A DNA stretch of 64,000 nucleotides from Minisyncoccota bacterium (GCA_028711065.1 JAQTSY010000006.1:213-64212), one strand, 5' to 3'. Positions 18,605 through 28,494 are shown, counted from the stretch's first letter. Notes: generated by a model from the sequence alone, not told the origin. Made by a program: numbers and translations.

Positions 18605-19696
18605 TTGAGCATCCTCCTTTTTTTAATAATTCTCATTGTACTCGTTATCGTGCATGAGCTCGGGCATTTTCTTGTAGCCAAATTCTCTGGTATAGGAGTG
18701 AAAGAGTTTGGTCTCGGTTTTCCTCCGCGTATTATTGGGAAAATGTGGCGAGGTACTTTGTACTCGTTAAATTGGATACCTTTTGGCGGCTTTGTGAAAA
18801 TTTTGGGAGAAGACCCTGAAGAATTAGCGATTACAGAAGAGGAAAAAAAGAAAAATTTTTCATACAAACCTCGGCCTATTCAAGCTCTTGTCTTGGTGGC
18901 AGGGATATCGTTCAACATTCTTTTCGCCTGGCTTCTCATCTCTCTTGGCTTTATGACCGGGCTTCCTACATCTGTTGGCGCGCCCACGAGCGGTAACATT
19001 ACCAATCCTGAAGTCGTTATCACCGAAGTCTTAGAAAATTCTCCAGCACAAAAAGCGGGCCTAGAAGTTGGTGATAAAATTGTGTCTCTTGAGTCTGGTG
19101 TTGAAAAAGTTAATGCTTTATCAATTTTGGGCGTTCAGGATTTTATCAATGGCCATGGAAAAGAGTCCGTGAGGGTTGAGTATAAGCGAGGCGGAGAGGA
19201 TGCGATTGCAATTGTCGTACCGCAAGGGGGAATTGTGGAAGGCAAAAGCGCTATCGGTGTCGCAATGGATATGATTGGAATATTAAGACTCTCTTTCTTC
19301 AGAGCTTTTTTTGAAGGAGCAAAACTTACGATAGACGTCATTAAAACTGTCGCGACTGGACTGGCTGGTTTCATTTGGGACGCTGTGAGGTTGAAGGCTC
19401 ATTTTTCTGAAGTGACAGGGCCTGTTGGCATTGTTTCTCTTGTTGGAAGCGCTGAAAAGCTTGGGTTTGTGTATATTCTTTCTCTCGCGGCTTTCATATC
19501 TTTAAATCTTGCTGTTATAAATCTCATTCCATTTCCCGCGCTTGATGGAGGACGTCTTCTTTTTGTACTTATTGAAGCAATCAAACGCTCCCCAATAAAA
19601 CCAAAAGTTGCAAATATGATAAATAGTGTCGGTTTCGCAATTCTCATTGTGCTAATGGTTATTGTCACGCTTCACGACATCGTGAAAATTCTCTAA
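18605..19696 (+). CDS. rseP: RIP/site-2 membrane metalloprotease with PDZ domain
   Basis: HELGH, EFGLGFPP, GPVGI, NLIPFPALDGG. Confidence 0.95.
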   Translation: MSILLFLIILIVLVIVHELGHFLVAKFSGIGVKEFGLGFPPRIIGKMWRGTLYSLNWIPFGGFVKILGEDPEELAITEEEKKKNFSYKPRPIQALVLVAGISFNILFAWLLISLGFMTGLPTSVGAPTSGNITNPEVVITEVLENSPAQKAGLEVGDKIVSLESGVEKVNALSILGVQDFINGHGKESVRVEYKRGGEDAIAIVVPQGGIVEGKSAIGVAMDMIGILRLSFFRAFFEGAKLTIDVIKTVATGLAGFIWDAVRLKAHFSEVTGPVGIVSLVGSAEKLGFVYILSLAAFISLNLAVINLIPFPALDGGRLLFVLIEAIKRSPIKPKVANMINSVGFAILIVLMVIVTLHDIVKIL

Positions 19697-19804
19697 CGCT
19701 GATTGACTTTTACTCGAAAATAATGTAAAAAATTAAGCGGTGGCTCGATGTTTTCATCGCGCTTTTTGTTTTCGGTACATTGGGGAAAGAAGGGAGAAAA
19801 GGGC

Positions 19805-20485
19805 ATGGCGACTGTTAAGGTGCCTCTGGCGGGGCCGAGGGAGCGTTTCCTTGAGGAGTGCAAGGTTGCGTGGAGGAAGAACGTCGAGGATATAGTTAAT
19901 CTTCGGCTTGAGTATTTGAGGCGAAGGATCAAGATCATTGAGGCGTCAAGCGCTCTCTTACTTCAAACCCCTGAAGCACGTTCTCTCAATAGGGAGGCGA
20001 GGAGGATGCTTCTGGAAATCGCTCAAGACGCGTGTGATGAGCGTGCTGATGTTTTCGCTGAAGTCGCTCCACTTTTTGGTCGGCTTCATCGGGCTGTGTC
20101 GGATTTGGAAACCTATTCGGGACCGTCTTCTTTTGAGGTCATGATGCAGGGTTTGCAGAGTATCGAACACATCTCCAGTCAGGCTGGCTTTAGAGCGGAG
20201 GTTCTGCTTCCTGCTCGCGTTTTTGTGGCACAGAAGAGAGAGCGGGACGGGACATTTGCCGCTGCGGACAAGTTGCGTGTGGTAGTACTCCGCACATTCA
20301 TTAATGACCTTGCCCGCAAACTCAGTACAGCCGAGAAAACATACCGGCAAAATTTCGATTCTCGGGAGGTGCAAGATGCTGCCCTGCAGGAGGTTGTCGG
20401 TGGCGAGCTTGCTACTTTCGTCAACGCGATTTACCCCAAGATCATCGGCTCTTCCTCCGTCGAAGATTTGATGAAGTTGGAATAG
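19805..20485 (+). CDS. Hypothetical helical protein (solo accessory gene)
   Basis: Purine-rich RBS before ATG 19805, TTGACT-17-TAAAAA upstream, terminator about 20498-20530. Confidence 0.6.
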   Translation: MATVKVPLAGPRERFLEECKVAWRKNVEDIVNLRLEYLRRRIKIIEASSALLLQTPEARSLNREARRMLLEIAQDACDERADVFAEVAPLFGRLHRAVSDLETYSGPSSFEVMMQGLQSIEHISSQAGFRAEVLLPARVFVAQKRERDGTFAAADKLRVVVLRTFINDLARKLSTAEKTYRQNFDSREVQDAALQEVVGGELATFVNAIYPKIIGSSSVEDLMKLE

Positions 20486-20560
20486 TCCATTTTGGATATG
20501 CCAGCCTTTCCATAAGGCCGGCATTTTCTTTTTGTTTCTTTTTCCTATAGAATAATCTTC

Positions 20561-21811
20561 ATGTTGCAATCACAACTATTTACCAAGACTCGGAAGGAAG
20601 CTCCAAAAGATGAAGTGGCAAAGAATGCCGAGCTTCTTATTCGCGCTGGATACATTCATAAAGAAATGGCAGGCGTGTATTCCTATCTCCCGCTTGGACT
20701 TCGCGTACTTAATAAAATAGCTCTGATCATTCGTCGGGAGATGAACGCTATCGGCGGGCAAGAAATTTTCATGACGACTCTCCAAAATAAGGAACTTTGG
20801 GAAAAGACTGGCCGTTGGAGCGATGAAAAAATAGATAATTGGTTTAAGACAAAATTAAAAAACGGTACAGAAGTGGGGATTGCTCTTACGCATGAGGAAA
20901 TGCTCACTGCGATCATGGCCGAGGAGATTAAGTCCTACAAAGATTTGCCGCGCTCTGCGTATCAGATTCAGACCAAATTTCGCAATGAAGCCCGGGCAAA
21001 AAGCGGTATCATGCGTTGTCGAGAATTTATGATGAAAGACCTTTATTCTTTTTCTCGTGATGAGAAAGAACACGAAGCATTTTATGAAGGATCAAAAGAG
21101 GCTTACAAAAAAGTGTTCGAGGGTGTGGGAATTGGCAAAGTGACCTATCTTACCATGGCCTCGGGGGGAATTTTTAGTAAATATTCTCACGAATTTCAGA
21201 CACTTACATCTGCCGGAGAAGATTTGATTTACATCTGCGACAAATGCAAAGAGGCGGTGAATAAGGAAGTCATCGCGGATTTCAAAAACGCTTGTCCTAA
21301 ATGCGGCAATACGAAACTCCGCGAAGAAAAAGCGGTGGAGGTGGGGAATATTTTTCCGCTCGGTACTCGTTTTTCTGACGCGCTCGGACTCCAATTCTTG
21401 GACGAGAAGGGAGAGAAGAAAAGCGTAGTTATGGGAAGCTATGGAATTGGTCTCGGACGGCTCATGGGAGTGATTGTGGAAGTATTTGCCGACGAAAAAG
21501 GAATTGTCTGGCCGAAGGAAGTTTCTCCATTTCAGGCTCATCTTGTTTCGCTCGCGGGAGAGGATACAAAAGTAAAAAAATCTGCTGATGAACTTTATAA
21601 AAAATTGACCGAGAAAGGTATTGAAGTTTTATATGATGATCGCGGGCTTCGTCCGGGAGAAAAATTCGCTGACTCGGATCTTATCGGCATACCTCTCCGA
21701 ATAGTAGTGAGCGCGAAGACTTTGGAAGCAGATGGATATGAAATTAAAGACCGGGCGACAGGAGCGACTGAACTTGTCAAAGAAGACGTTCTCCTAAAAA
21801 TCTTCAAATAA
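20561..21811 (+). CDS. proS: Proline--tRNA ligase (short form, no INS editing domain)
   Basis: THEE, YQIQTKFRNEARAKSG, REFMMKDLYSF, EVGNIF, GSYGIG, DLIGIP. Confidence 0.96.
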   Translation: MLQSQLFTKTRKEAPKDEVAKNAELLIRAGYIHKEMAGVYSYLPLGLRVLNKIALIIRREMNAIGGQEIFMTTLQNKELWEKTGRWSDEKIDNWFKTKLKNGTEVGIALTHEEMLTAIMAEEIKSYKDLPRSAYQIQTKFRNEARAKSGIMRCREFMMKDLYSFSRDEKEHEAFYEGSKEAYKKVFEGVGIGKVTYLTMASGGIFSKYSHEFQTLTSAGEDLIYICDKCKEAVNKEVIADFKNACPKCGNTKLREEKAVEVGNIFPLGTRFSDALGLQFLDEKGEKKSVVMGSYGIGLGRLMGVIVEVFADEKGIVWPKEVSPFQAHLVSLAGEDTKVKKSADELYKKLTEKGIEVLYDDRGLRPGEKFADSDLIGIPLRIVVSAKTLEADGYEIKDRATGATELVKEDVLLKIFK

Positions 21812-21916
21812 AAGGCCTTGTTTTAAGGCTTAAAACTATGGACTTTTCCCTATGGGACGAGTAGTATTGAGTTCACTATTCCCTTGATTTTAGGGAAGTG
21901 TTTTCAGAACTAATCC

Positions 21917-22978
21917 ATGAAAGACCTCATTAAAAAAATTAAGCGATATTTCTCAAACGATATTGGTATTGATTTGGGTACTGCAAACACGCTTGTGTAT
22001 GTTCGCGGTCGCGGAATTGTCATCAATGAACCTTCTGTTGTTGCCGTAAACCAAAAGACGGGAAGAGTGGTGGCTGTGGGAACTCAAGCAAAACAAATGC
22101 TCGGGAGAACTCCCGCACACATCATTGCCGTGAAGCCAATCGTCGACGGAGTGATTTCTGATTTCGAAGTGACTGAAGAAATGATCAGTCATCTTGTTCG
22201 ACTTGCAGAAAAAGAGAATAAAAAAATGCTTGGACCCCGAGTGGTGGTTGGAATTCCGTATGGAATTACGAATGTTGAAACACGAGCTGTAAGAGACGCT
22301 ACAAAAAATGCTGGAGCGCGCGAAGTACACATTATAGAACAACCGATGGCGGGGGCGATTGGAATTCGCTTGCCGGTGAATGACCCGATCGGAAGTATGG
22401 TGGTAGATATCGGCGGAGGCACGTCTGACATTGCTGTCATATCTTTAGGCGGAATTGTCCGCGGGAAAAATCTAAAAATTGCAGGAGATAAATTCAATGC
22501 TGATATTATTTCCTATATCCGAAGCCAATTCAAAATTCTCATCGGCGAAAAGACTGCTGAAAATATAAAAATTTCGATCGGTTCAGCCCAGCCAAACGGC
22601 GCTCCAATGGAGGCGGCTGTGCGCGGAAGAGACCTCATTACTGGGCTTCCACGGGAAGTAATCATCACTGATGAAGATTTGCGTGCTGCCCTCGCTCCTT
22701 CTATCGACCACCTTATAGAATCCGTGAAAGAAGTATTGGAAACTACCCCTCCGGAAATTCTTTCAGATGTTATGCACCGCGGAGTGTATCTTGTTGGGGG
22801 CGGAGCACTTCTTAAAGGCCTTTCGGCATTACTCTCGGAACAATTGAAAATTCCAATTCACGTTGATGATGATCCTCTTACGGCCGTAGCTCGCGGTACA
22901 GGTGTCATTTTGGAAGAGTTGGAAAAATATCGCGAACTTCTCATTCAAAATGAAGACGAGTTGCCCCCAAAGAGATAA
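21917..22978 (+). CDS. mreB: Rod-shape protein MreB (operonic)
   Basis: GIDLGTANT, DIGGGTSD, GGGALL; followed by mreC. Confidence 0.96.
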   Translation: MKDLIKKIKRYFSNDIGIDLGTANTLVYVRGRGIVINEPSVVAVNQKTGRVVAVGTQAKQMLGRTPAHIIAVKPIVDGVISDFEVTEEMISHLVRLAEKENKKMLGPRVVVGIPYGITNVETRAVRDATKNAGAREVHIIEQPMAGAIGIRLPVNDPIGSMVVDIGGGTSDIAVISLGGIVRGKNLKIAGDKFNADIISYIRSQFKILIGEKTAENIKISIGSAQPNGAPMEAAVRGRDLITGLPREVIITDEDLRAALAPSIDHLIESVKEVLETTPPEILSDVMHRGVYLVGGGALLKGLSALLSEQLKIPIHVDDDPLTAVARGTGVILEELEKYRELLIQNEDELPPKR

Positions 22979-23811
22979 TGGTCAAAGATTTCATATTTCA
23001 AAGGCAAAATCAAAAAAAAGCCGGAGGCAACGGCCCCCGGCTTCTTGCGGTTCTCTTTCTTTTCCTTGTTATTTTTCTTTTTCGATTTTCTCCTCCGTCC
23101 TTTTTGGTTCGCGGTTTCGCTTCTCTCTCGCGGCCGGTACTTCTTTTTAAAAATAGCATATTGGATAGAACAAGCAGTTTTCTTTCAATTTTTTACTTCA
23201 ATAGCTATTTGGTCGCGGAAAATAAAATGCTCATAAACAGGCTCGCGAGCCTAGAAGGAGTTGAAGCCGAGCTAAGACTCGCGAAACAGAATAATCAAAG
23301 TCTCCAGGAATCTTTCGGAACATCAACGGTGGAGAAAAATTCTGTTCTCACAGCTGTAATTCTTAAGCCCCCGAGATTTCCGTACGATACTCTTTTAGCA
23401 GATGGCGGGAAAAATGAAAAACTACAAGTGGGAAACCTCGTCTACGCGGGAGAGCATATTCTCATAGGTGAAGTCTCGCAGGTCTATGGGGAAACCTCTC
23501 AGATAAAATTTTTCTCTTCTCCTGGACAAGTTACCCCCGCAGTTCTCGGTGTCAAAGTCACCCCAGTGGAACTTATTGGTATTGGAGGCGGCAATTTTTC
23601 CATCAAGATTCCGAGGGGTGTCGATGTGCTCGAGGGCGATTCTGTATACAGTTCCAATAAAAATCACGATCTTATCGGTATTGTCGGGATGATTGATACA
23701 GCGCCGAGCGACTCTTTTATGAAGGGCGTGGTGAGAGTGCCAATTAATTTATTTGAACTGGGCTATGTTTTGGTAGAGAAAAATTCTCTTCTTATACAAT
23801 CTCCATTATGA
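22978..23811 (+). CDS. mreC: Rod shape-determining protein MreC
   Basis: TM, coiled coil and beta domain (YDTLLADGG, IGEV, GGGNF); synteny. Confidence 0.85.
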   Translation: MVKDFIFQRQNQKKAGGNGPRLLAVLFLFLVIFLFRFSPPSFLVRGFASLSRPVLLFKNSILDRTSSFLSIFYFNSYLVAENKMLINRLASLEGVEAELRLAKQNNQSLQESFGTSTVEKNSVLTAVILKPPRFPYDTLLADGGKNEKLQVGNLVYAGEHILIGEVSQVYGETSQIKFFSSPGQVTPAVLGVKVTPVELIGIGGGNFSIKIPRGVDVLEGDSVYSSNKNHDLIGIVGMIDTAPSDSFMKGVVRVPINLFELGYVLVEKNSLLIQSPL

Positions 23812-24080
23812 TTTTAAAAAGAGTATCAATTGACGTCGCATTATTTTTTGCAATCATTATATTTCCGTGGTGGGTAACCTTGCCTGTCGCTTTTCTTCTT
23901 GCATTTTACATAGATGATTTTTACGAATTAATCATTGTTGGTTTTCTTCTTGATTTGCTGGAATCTTCGCCGTCTTCTCGTTTTTGGGGATTTCAATTTA
24001 TATTTACTTTTTCCTCAATCCTTCTCTTTTTCTTGTTTCGTGCGGCGCGATCGAAAATTTCATTGCCCGATAGATCCTAG
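23808..24080 (+). CDS. Small membrane protein in MreD position
   Basis: Hydrophobic 90 aa with GFLLDL, between mreC and mrdA. Confidence 0.6.
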   Translation: MILKRVSIDVALFFAIIIFPWWVTLPVAFLLAFYIDDFYELIIVGFLLDLLESSPSSRFWGFQFIFTFSSILLFFLFRAARSKISLPDRS

Positions 24081-24105
24081 AAATTCAAAAAATCTTCTAT
24101 CTGTC

Positions 24106-24151
24106 GTATACCCGGGCACCAACTTTAAAAAAAGTTGGTGCCCGGGTATAC
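24106..24151. repeat. Perfect 21-bp inverted repeat overlapping the putative mrdA -10 box
   Basis: GTATACCCGGGCACCAACTTT-AAAA-AAAGTTGGTGCCCGGGTATAC. Confidence 0.95.
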
Positions 24152-24159
24152 TAGGGACC

Positions 24160-25869
24160 ATGGTATTCGATTGGAAAAAACTCATGGGTTTGCGCGGGAG
24201 AATTATTCAGGATCGAGATATCGATCCCGACGAGATTTTTCTCGATTCTACGAATCTGCCCGCTTTTAATACCGATCAATTTGAAGGCCGATTAGAAAAA
24301 CCGATTACCGCAAGAACACTTTCTCTTGCGGGATTATGTTTCCTTTTTGTTTTTTTGGTTTTTGCTTATAAAGCATGGAATCTTCAAGTGAAAAATGGTC
24401 TCGCCTATTATGATCAAAGTCAGGATAACCATCTTAGTAACACCGTTATCTTCGCGAAACGCGGCCGTATCCTCGATAGAAATGGGAAGGAGCTTGCCTG
24501 GAATAGCACTCTTCCGGATACAGAAGAATATTTGGGAAGGCAGTATCTTGAAGCGCCTGGTTTTGCGCATGTGCTCGGATATGTGAAATTTCCTTCAAAA
24601 GATGATTCCGGATTTTACTACAAGGATGTCTATGAGGGGCAAGACGGAGTTGAGAAATTTTATAATACAGAGCTTGCCGGTGAGAATGGTTTGCGGATTG
24701 TCGAAGTCAATGCTTTGGGGAAGATTCAATCGGAGAGTGTGGTTCGTCCTCCTAAAGACGGAGCAGACATAACTCTCAGTATCGATTCTGATCTCCAGGC
24801 AGAGTTGTACAATGATATTTCTTCTCTCGCTCACAGGATTAATTTTCAAGGCGGTGCGGGAGTCATTATGAACGCCGAGAATGGCGAAATACTAGCGCTG
24901 ACAAGTTTTCCAGAATATAGTCCGCAAATTCTTTCTTTGGGCAAAGATAGGGATGCGATCAAAAGATATCTTACCGACCCAAGCAATGCGTTTTTGGATC
25001 GAGTTGTGTCGGGGCTGTATACTCCGGGTTCTATTATTAAACCTTATATTGCAGTTGGAGCTTTGACTGAAAATGTCATTTCACCGGATAAAAAGATCTT
25101 AAGTACTGGTTCGATTTCTATTCCGAATGCCTATGATCCGAAATTGTCATCAGTTTTTACTGACTGGAGAGCGCAGGGTTGGGTAAATATAAAAGATGCT
25201 CTTTCCGTCTCTTCCGACGTGTATTTTTACGAAGTGGGTGGGGGATACCAAGATCAAAAAGGCATTGGGATCGCAAATATAGATAAATATACTCGACTAT
25301 TCGGTTTTGGAAGCGTGGCCGGGCAGGGATTCTTTGCGGGAAGCAAAGGCACGATTCCGAATCCCGCATGGAAAGAAGAAAATTTCCCGGGAGATCCGTG
25401 GAGAATAGGAGATACGTATCACACCGCTATCGGCCAGTATGGATTCCAAGTCACACCCCTTCAAGCCGTGCGAGCGGTTGCGTCAATTGGAAACGGGGGG
25501 CATCTTCTTTCCCCCACGCTTATAAGTGGTGATAAAAGTAATGTGTCGAATAACCAAACTGTTCCTATTTCTGATAGTACCCTTCAAATCGTGCGTGAAG
25601 GAATGAGGCAGGGCGTACTCACAGGTATTTCCAAAGGACTCAATATTCCATCTGTCGAGGTGGCTTCGAAAACCGGTACCGCGGAACTCGGCACGAAAAA
25701 GCAGTTCGTGAACTCTTGGGTCACCGGTTTCTTTCCGTATGAGCATCCAAAGTACGCATTCGCTATTCTTATGGAGAAAGGGCCGAGCACGAACACAGTG
25801 GGAGCCCTATCCGTAATGCGACAGCTCCTTGATTGGATGACTCTTCACACTCCCGACTATTTGAAATAA
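24160..25869 (+). CDS. mrdA: Penicillin-binding protein 2 (class B transpeptidase)
   Basis: RGRILDRNG, SIIK (SxxK), SSD, KTGTAE; ATG 24160. Confidence 0.92.
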   Translation: MVFDWKKLMGLRGRIIQDRDIDPDEIFLDSTNLPAFNTDQFEGRLEKPITARTLSLAGLCFLFVFLVFAYKAWNLQVKNGLAYYDQSQDNHLSNTVIFAKRGRILDRNGKELAWNSTLPDTEEYLGRQYLEAPGFAHVLGYVKFPSKDDSGFYYKDVYEGQDGVEKFYNTELAGENGLRIVEVNALGKIQSESVVRPPKDGADITLSIDSDLQAELYNDISSLAHRINFQGGAGVIMNAENGEILALTSFPEYSPQILSLGKDRDAIKRYLTDPSNAFLDRVVSGLYTPGSIIKPYIAVGALTENVISPDKKILSTGSISIPNAYDPKLSSVFTDWRAQGWVNIKDALSVSSDVYFYEVGGGYQDQKGIGIANIDKYTRLFGFGSVAGQGFFAGSKGTIPNPAWKEENFPGDPWRIGDTYHTAIGQYGFQVTPLQAVRAVASIGNGGHLLSPTLISGDKSNVSNNQTVPISDSTLQIVREGMRQGVLTGISKGLNIPSVEVASKTGTAELGTKKQFVNSWVTGFFPYEHPKYAFAILMEKGPSTNTVGALSVMRQLLDWMTLHTPDYLK

Positions 25870-25943
25870 GCCAAGTCGCGCGTTGACCTAAAGCCATTTT
25901 TCGGGTATGATTGAAGCCACTTTTAGAAATTAAAACTATCGCT

Positions 25944-26411
25944 ATGGCAGAAAAAAAGCAGTATTTGACGCAAGAGAAATTTGACGAATTGACCAAAGAG
26001 CTTGACCACCTAAAGACGGTAAAACGAAAAGAAGTCGCGGAAAGTTTGGAATACGCAAAATCACTCGGAGATCTTTCCGAAAATGCCGAATATCAGGAGG
26101 CGCGAGGCGATCAGGCGGAAGTAGAAGATCGCATCAAGCAAATTGAGGCGATTCTCATTTCTGCAGAAATTGTCGAGCTTCACCATTCAGAAAAGGCTGA
26201 TATCGGCTCTACTGTTAGTATTCAGAAGAAGGGAGACTCAAAAACAAAAACATATAAAATTGTTGGTTCAGAAGAGGTAGATATTGCGAACAGTAAAATT
26301 TCTCTCCAATCTCCACTCGGAGAAGCTATGCATGGCAAACGAAAAGGGGATGAATTCAACTACAAAGCTCCAGGCGGAGTTATACACTACAAAATCGTCG
26401 GAATCGAGTAG
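25944..26411 (+). CDS. greA: Transcription elongation factor GreA
   Basis: GDLSENAEY, ISLQSPLG. Confidence 0.96.
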   Translation: MAEKKQYLTQEKFDELTKELDHLKTVKRKEVAESLEYAKSLGDLSENAEYQEARGDQAEVEDRIKQIEAILISAEIVELHHSEKADIGSTVSIQKKGDSKTKTYKIVGSEEVDIANSKISLQSPLGEAMHGKRKGDEFNYKAPGGVIHYKIVGIE

Positions 26412-26432
26412 AATAAGAAGAGGTTTTTACCT

Positions 26433-27902
26433 ATGGCTTCTCTCGACGAACTAAAAAACACGCGGCTCGCAAAACTCAAAGCTCTCAAAGATGCTGGCGT
26501 CGAGGCTTACCCAGCAGAGGCAAAACGTGATGAATCTCTCGGCGAAGTCGTAACTCATTTTGATAAGCTTTCTGCATCCGGTAAAGAATTTTCATTGGTT
26601 GGCCGAGTTATGTCGCTTCGAGGACAAGGGGCACTTATTTTTTCCGATATTTTTGATGGGACAGGCAAGCTTCAGATTCTTCTCAAATCTGACGAAATGT
26701 CTGGGAATTTTTTCAAGCTTTTTCAGGATACTGTAGACATCGGAGACTTTTTAGAAGTTCATGGCACGCTTTTCGTGACCAAACGCGGAGAGAAAACTTT
26801 GCAGGTAAAGAGCTGGAAGATGCTCACGAAGTCTCTCCTTCCACTTCCGGAAAAATGGCACGGACTTACTGACGTGGAGGAGCGCTTTCGAAAGCGCTAT
26901 CTCGATATCCTTATGGATCCGGAGATTCGCGAACTTTTTGTAAAGAAATCTAAATTCTGGGATGTTACCCGTTCTTTTATGAAGAAAGAAGGCTTTATGG
27001 AAGTTGAAACGCCAACGCTTGAAGTGACGACCGGCGGAGCGGAAGCAACTCCATTTAAGACTCATCACGAAGATTTTGATTTGGACGTGTTTATGCGTAT
27101 CTCCATCGGTGAGCTTTGGCAGAAGCGTCTTATGGCAGCTGGCTATCCAAAGACATTTGAAATTGGGCGAGCATACCGCAATGAAGGTACTGATGTGAAT
27201 CATGTCCAAGAATTCACGAATCTTGAATTTTATCTCGCTTACGCAAACTATGAAGACGGAATGAAGCTCGTTGAAAGACTTTACCAGACAATCGCAAAAG
27301 AAGTCTTCGGTACGACAAAATTTACTTCTCGCGGAGTTGAATTTGATTTCTCTGGTGAGTGGAAGAGGATGGATTATCGGGATACTGTGAAAAAAGAGAC
27401 GGGAATTGATGTTTTGGATTCATCAGACAAGGAAATAGAGAAGAAACTGAAGGAGCTCAAAATTACCTATGACGGCACAACTCGGGAGCGAATGATTGAT
27501 ACCCTTTGGAAATATTGCCGAAAGAAAATTGCAGGGCCGGTCTTTCTCGTAAATCATCCAAAAATCGTCTCTCCGCTTGCCAAGTCCAAGCCGGAAAATC
27601 CTGAATTAACCGAGCGATTCCAGATCATTCTCGCGGGAACAGAAGTGGGCAACGGCTTTTCAGAATTGAATGATCCAGTTGAACAGCGAAAGCGATTTGA
27701 GACCCAACAGGAACTTCTGAAATCCGGAGACAAAGAAGCGATGATGGCGGATTGGGAATTCGTCGAAATGCTCGAGCACGGCATGCCTCCGACCTGCGGT
27801 TTCGGTTTCGGCGAGTCGCTTTTTGCGATTTTGGTGGATAAACCGATTCGTGAAGTGCAGATTTTTCCGCTTATGCGACCTAAGGATGGAGTCAAGGAAT
27901 AA
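26433..27902 (+). CDS. lysS: Lysine--tRNA ligase (class II)
   Basis: LPEKWHGL, RKRYLD, GGAEATPF, YRNEG, ELNDP, GMPPTCGFGFG. Confidence 0.97.
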   Translation: MASLDELKNTRLAKLKALKDAGVEAYPAEAKRDESLGEVVTHFDKLSASGKEFSLVGRVMSLRGQGALIFSDIFDGTGKLQILLKSDEMSGNFFKLFQDTVDIGDFLEVHGTLFVTKRGEKTLQVKSWKMLTKSLLPLPEKWHGLTDVEERFRKRYLDILMDPEIRELFVKKSKFWDVTRSFMKKEGFMEVETPTLEVTTGGAEATPFKTHHEDFDLDVFMRISIGELWQKRLMAAGYPKTFEIGRAYRNEGTDVNHVQEFTNLEFYLAYANYEDGMKLVERLYQTIAKEVFGTTKFTSRGVEFDFSGEWKRMDYRDTVKKETGIDVLDSSDKEIEKKLKELKITYDGTTRERMIDTLWKYCRKKIAGPVFLVNHPKIVSPLAKSKPENPELTERFQIILAGTEVGNGFSELNDPVEQRKRFETQQELLKSGDKEAMMADWEFVEMLEHGMPPTCGFGFGESLFAILVDKPIREVQIFPLMRPKDGVKE

Positions 27903-27953
27903 TTGCTTTTTTTCTCGATTTCATCTATAGTGGTTGCCTAAACAAATATTTAT

Positions 27954-28112
27954 ATGTCACAGGATAAACTCATAAAACTCATTTGCCAGAACTGTAAGCG
28001 CGTAAACTACTGGTCCACAAAAAACAAGAAATCTGTAGAGCGAAAAATCGAGCTCAAGAAGTTCTGTAAATGGTGCAAAAAGAAGACCATCCATAAAGAA
28101 GGCAAGAAATAA
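27954..28112 (+). CDS. rpmG: 50S ribosomal protein L33 (Zn-ribbon C+ form)
   Basis: Manual translation MSQDKLIKLICQNCKRVNYWSTKNKKSVERKIELKKFCKWCKKKTIHKEGKK*. Confidence 0.95.
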   Translation: MSQDKLIKLICQNCKRVNYWSTKNKKSVERKIELKKFCKWCKKKTIHKEGKK

Positions 28113-28115
28113 CTC

Positions 28116-28271
28116 GAAACAGTCTTTATGAGACACCAGAAAAATCCCCAGCGGGGATTTTTCTTTGTGCTGGGCGCCGGCTGCTTTGTGGTATAGTTTT
28201 TGCCCAAAGCAAAAATTACACCACAAAGACCCTGCCAGCCTGGCGTGCGCGGTGTCTCAAAAGACAGTTTC
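28116..28271 (+). repeat. Structured intergenic element, family A copy 2
   Basis: Outer IR GAAACAGTCTTTATGAGACACC / GGTGTCTCAAAAGACAGTTTC; core near-identical to copy 1. Confidence 0.9.
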
Positions 28272-28316
28272 TCGCTCGTGGTGAATTCAGAGAATTGTGA
28301 TATTATCTAGCGCACT

Positions 28317-28390
28317 GGGTCCATAGTTTAATGGTAGAACGACGGTCTCCAAAACTGTAGGTCGAGGTTCGATTCCTCGTGGGCCCGCCA
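28317..28390 (+). tRNA. tRNA-Trp(CCA)
   Basis: GGGTCCA/TGGGCCC acceptor, ACGGT-CTCCAAA-ACTGT anticodon arm, CGAGG-TTCGATT-CCTCG T arm, encoded CCA. Confidence 0.96.
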
Positions 28391-28475
28391 AAAAACAGCG
28401 TTAGCGTTTTTTGAGCGAGCCCAAGAAAGCCATAAAGATAGCTTTCGGCGAGGAATCGACCGATACTCCTCGTGG
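28391..28475 (+). other. tRNA-Trp trailer with antisense and second sense copy of the tRNA 3' end
   Basis: GCGAGCCCA (28415-23) and CGAGGAATCGA (28449-59) are complementary to the tRNA 3' strand; CGATACTCCTCGTGG (28461-75) repeats it. Confidence 0.85.
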
Positions 28476-28494
28476 ATCATCTCAAATTATATTA

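Noticed and set aside
23935-24159. Long N-terminal extensions in the ORF track (mrdA, topA, dnaX, serS, metK, 13575, 30894)
   Set aside because: They run through upstream genes, terminators or palindromes; downstream ATGs match family starts and promoter or RBS positions.
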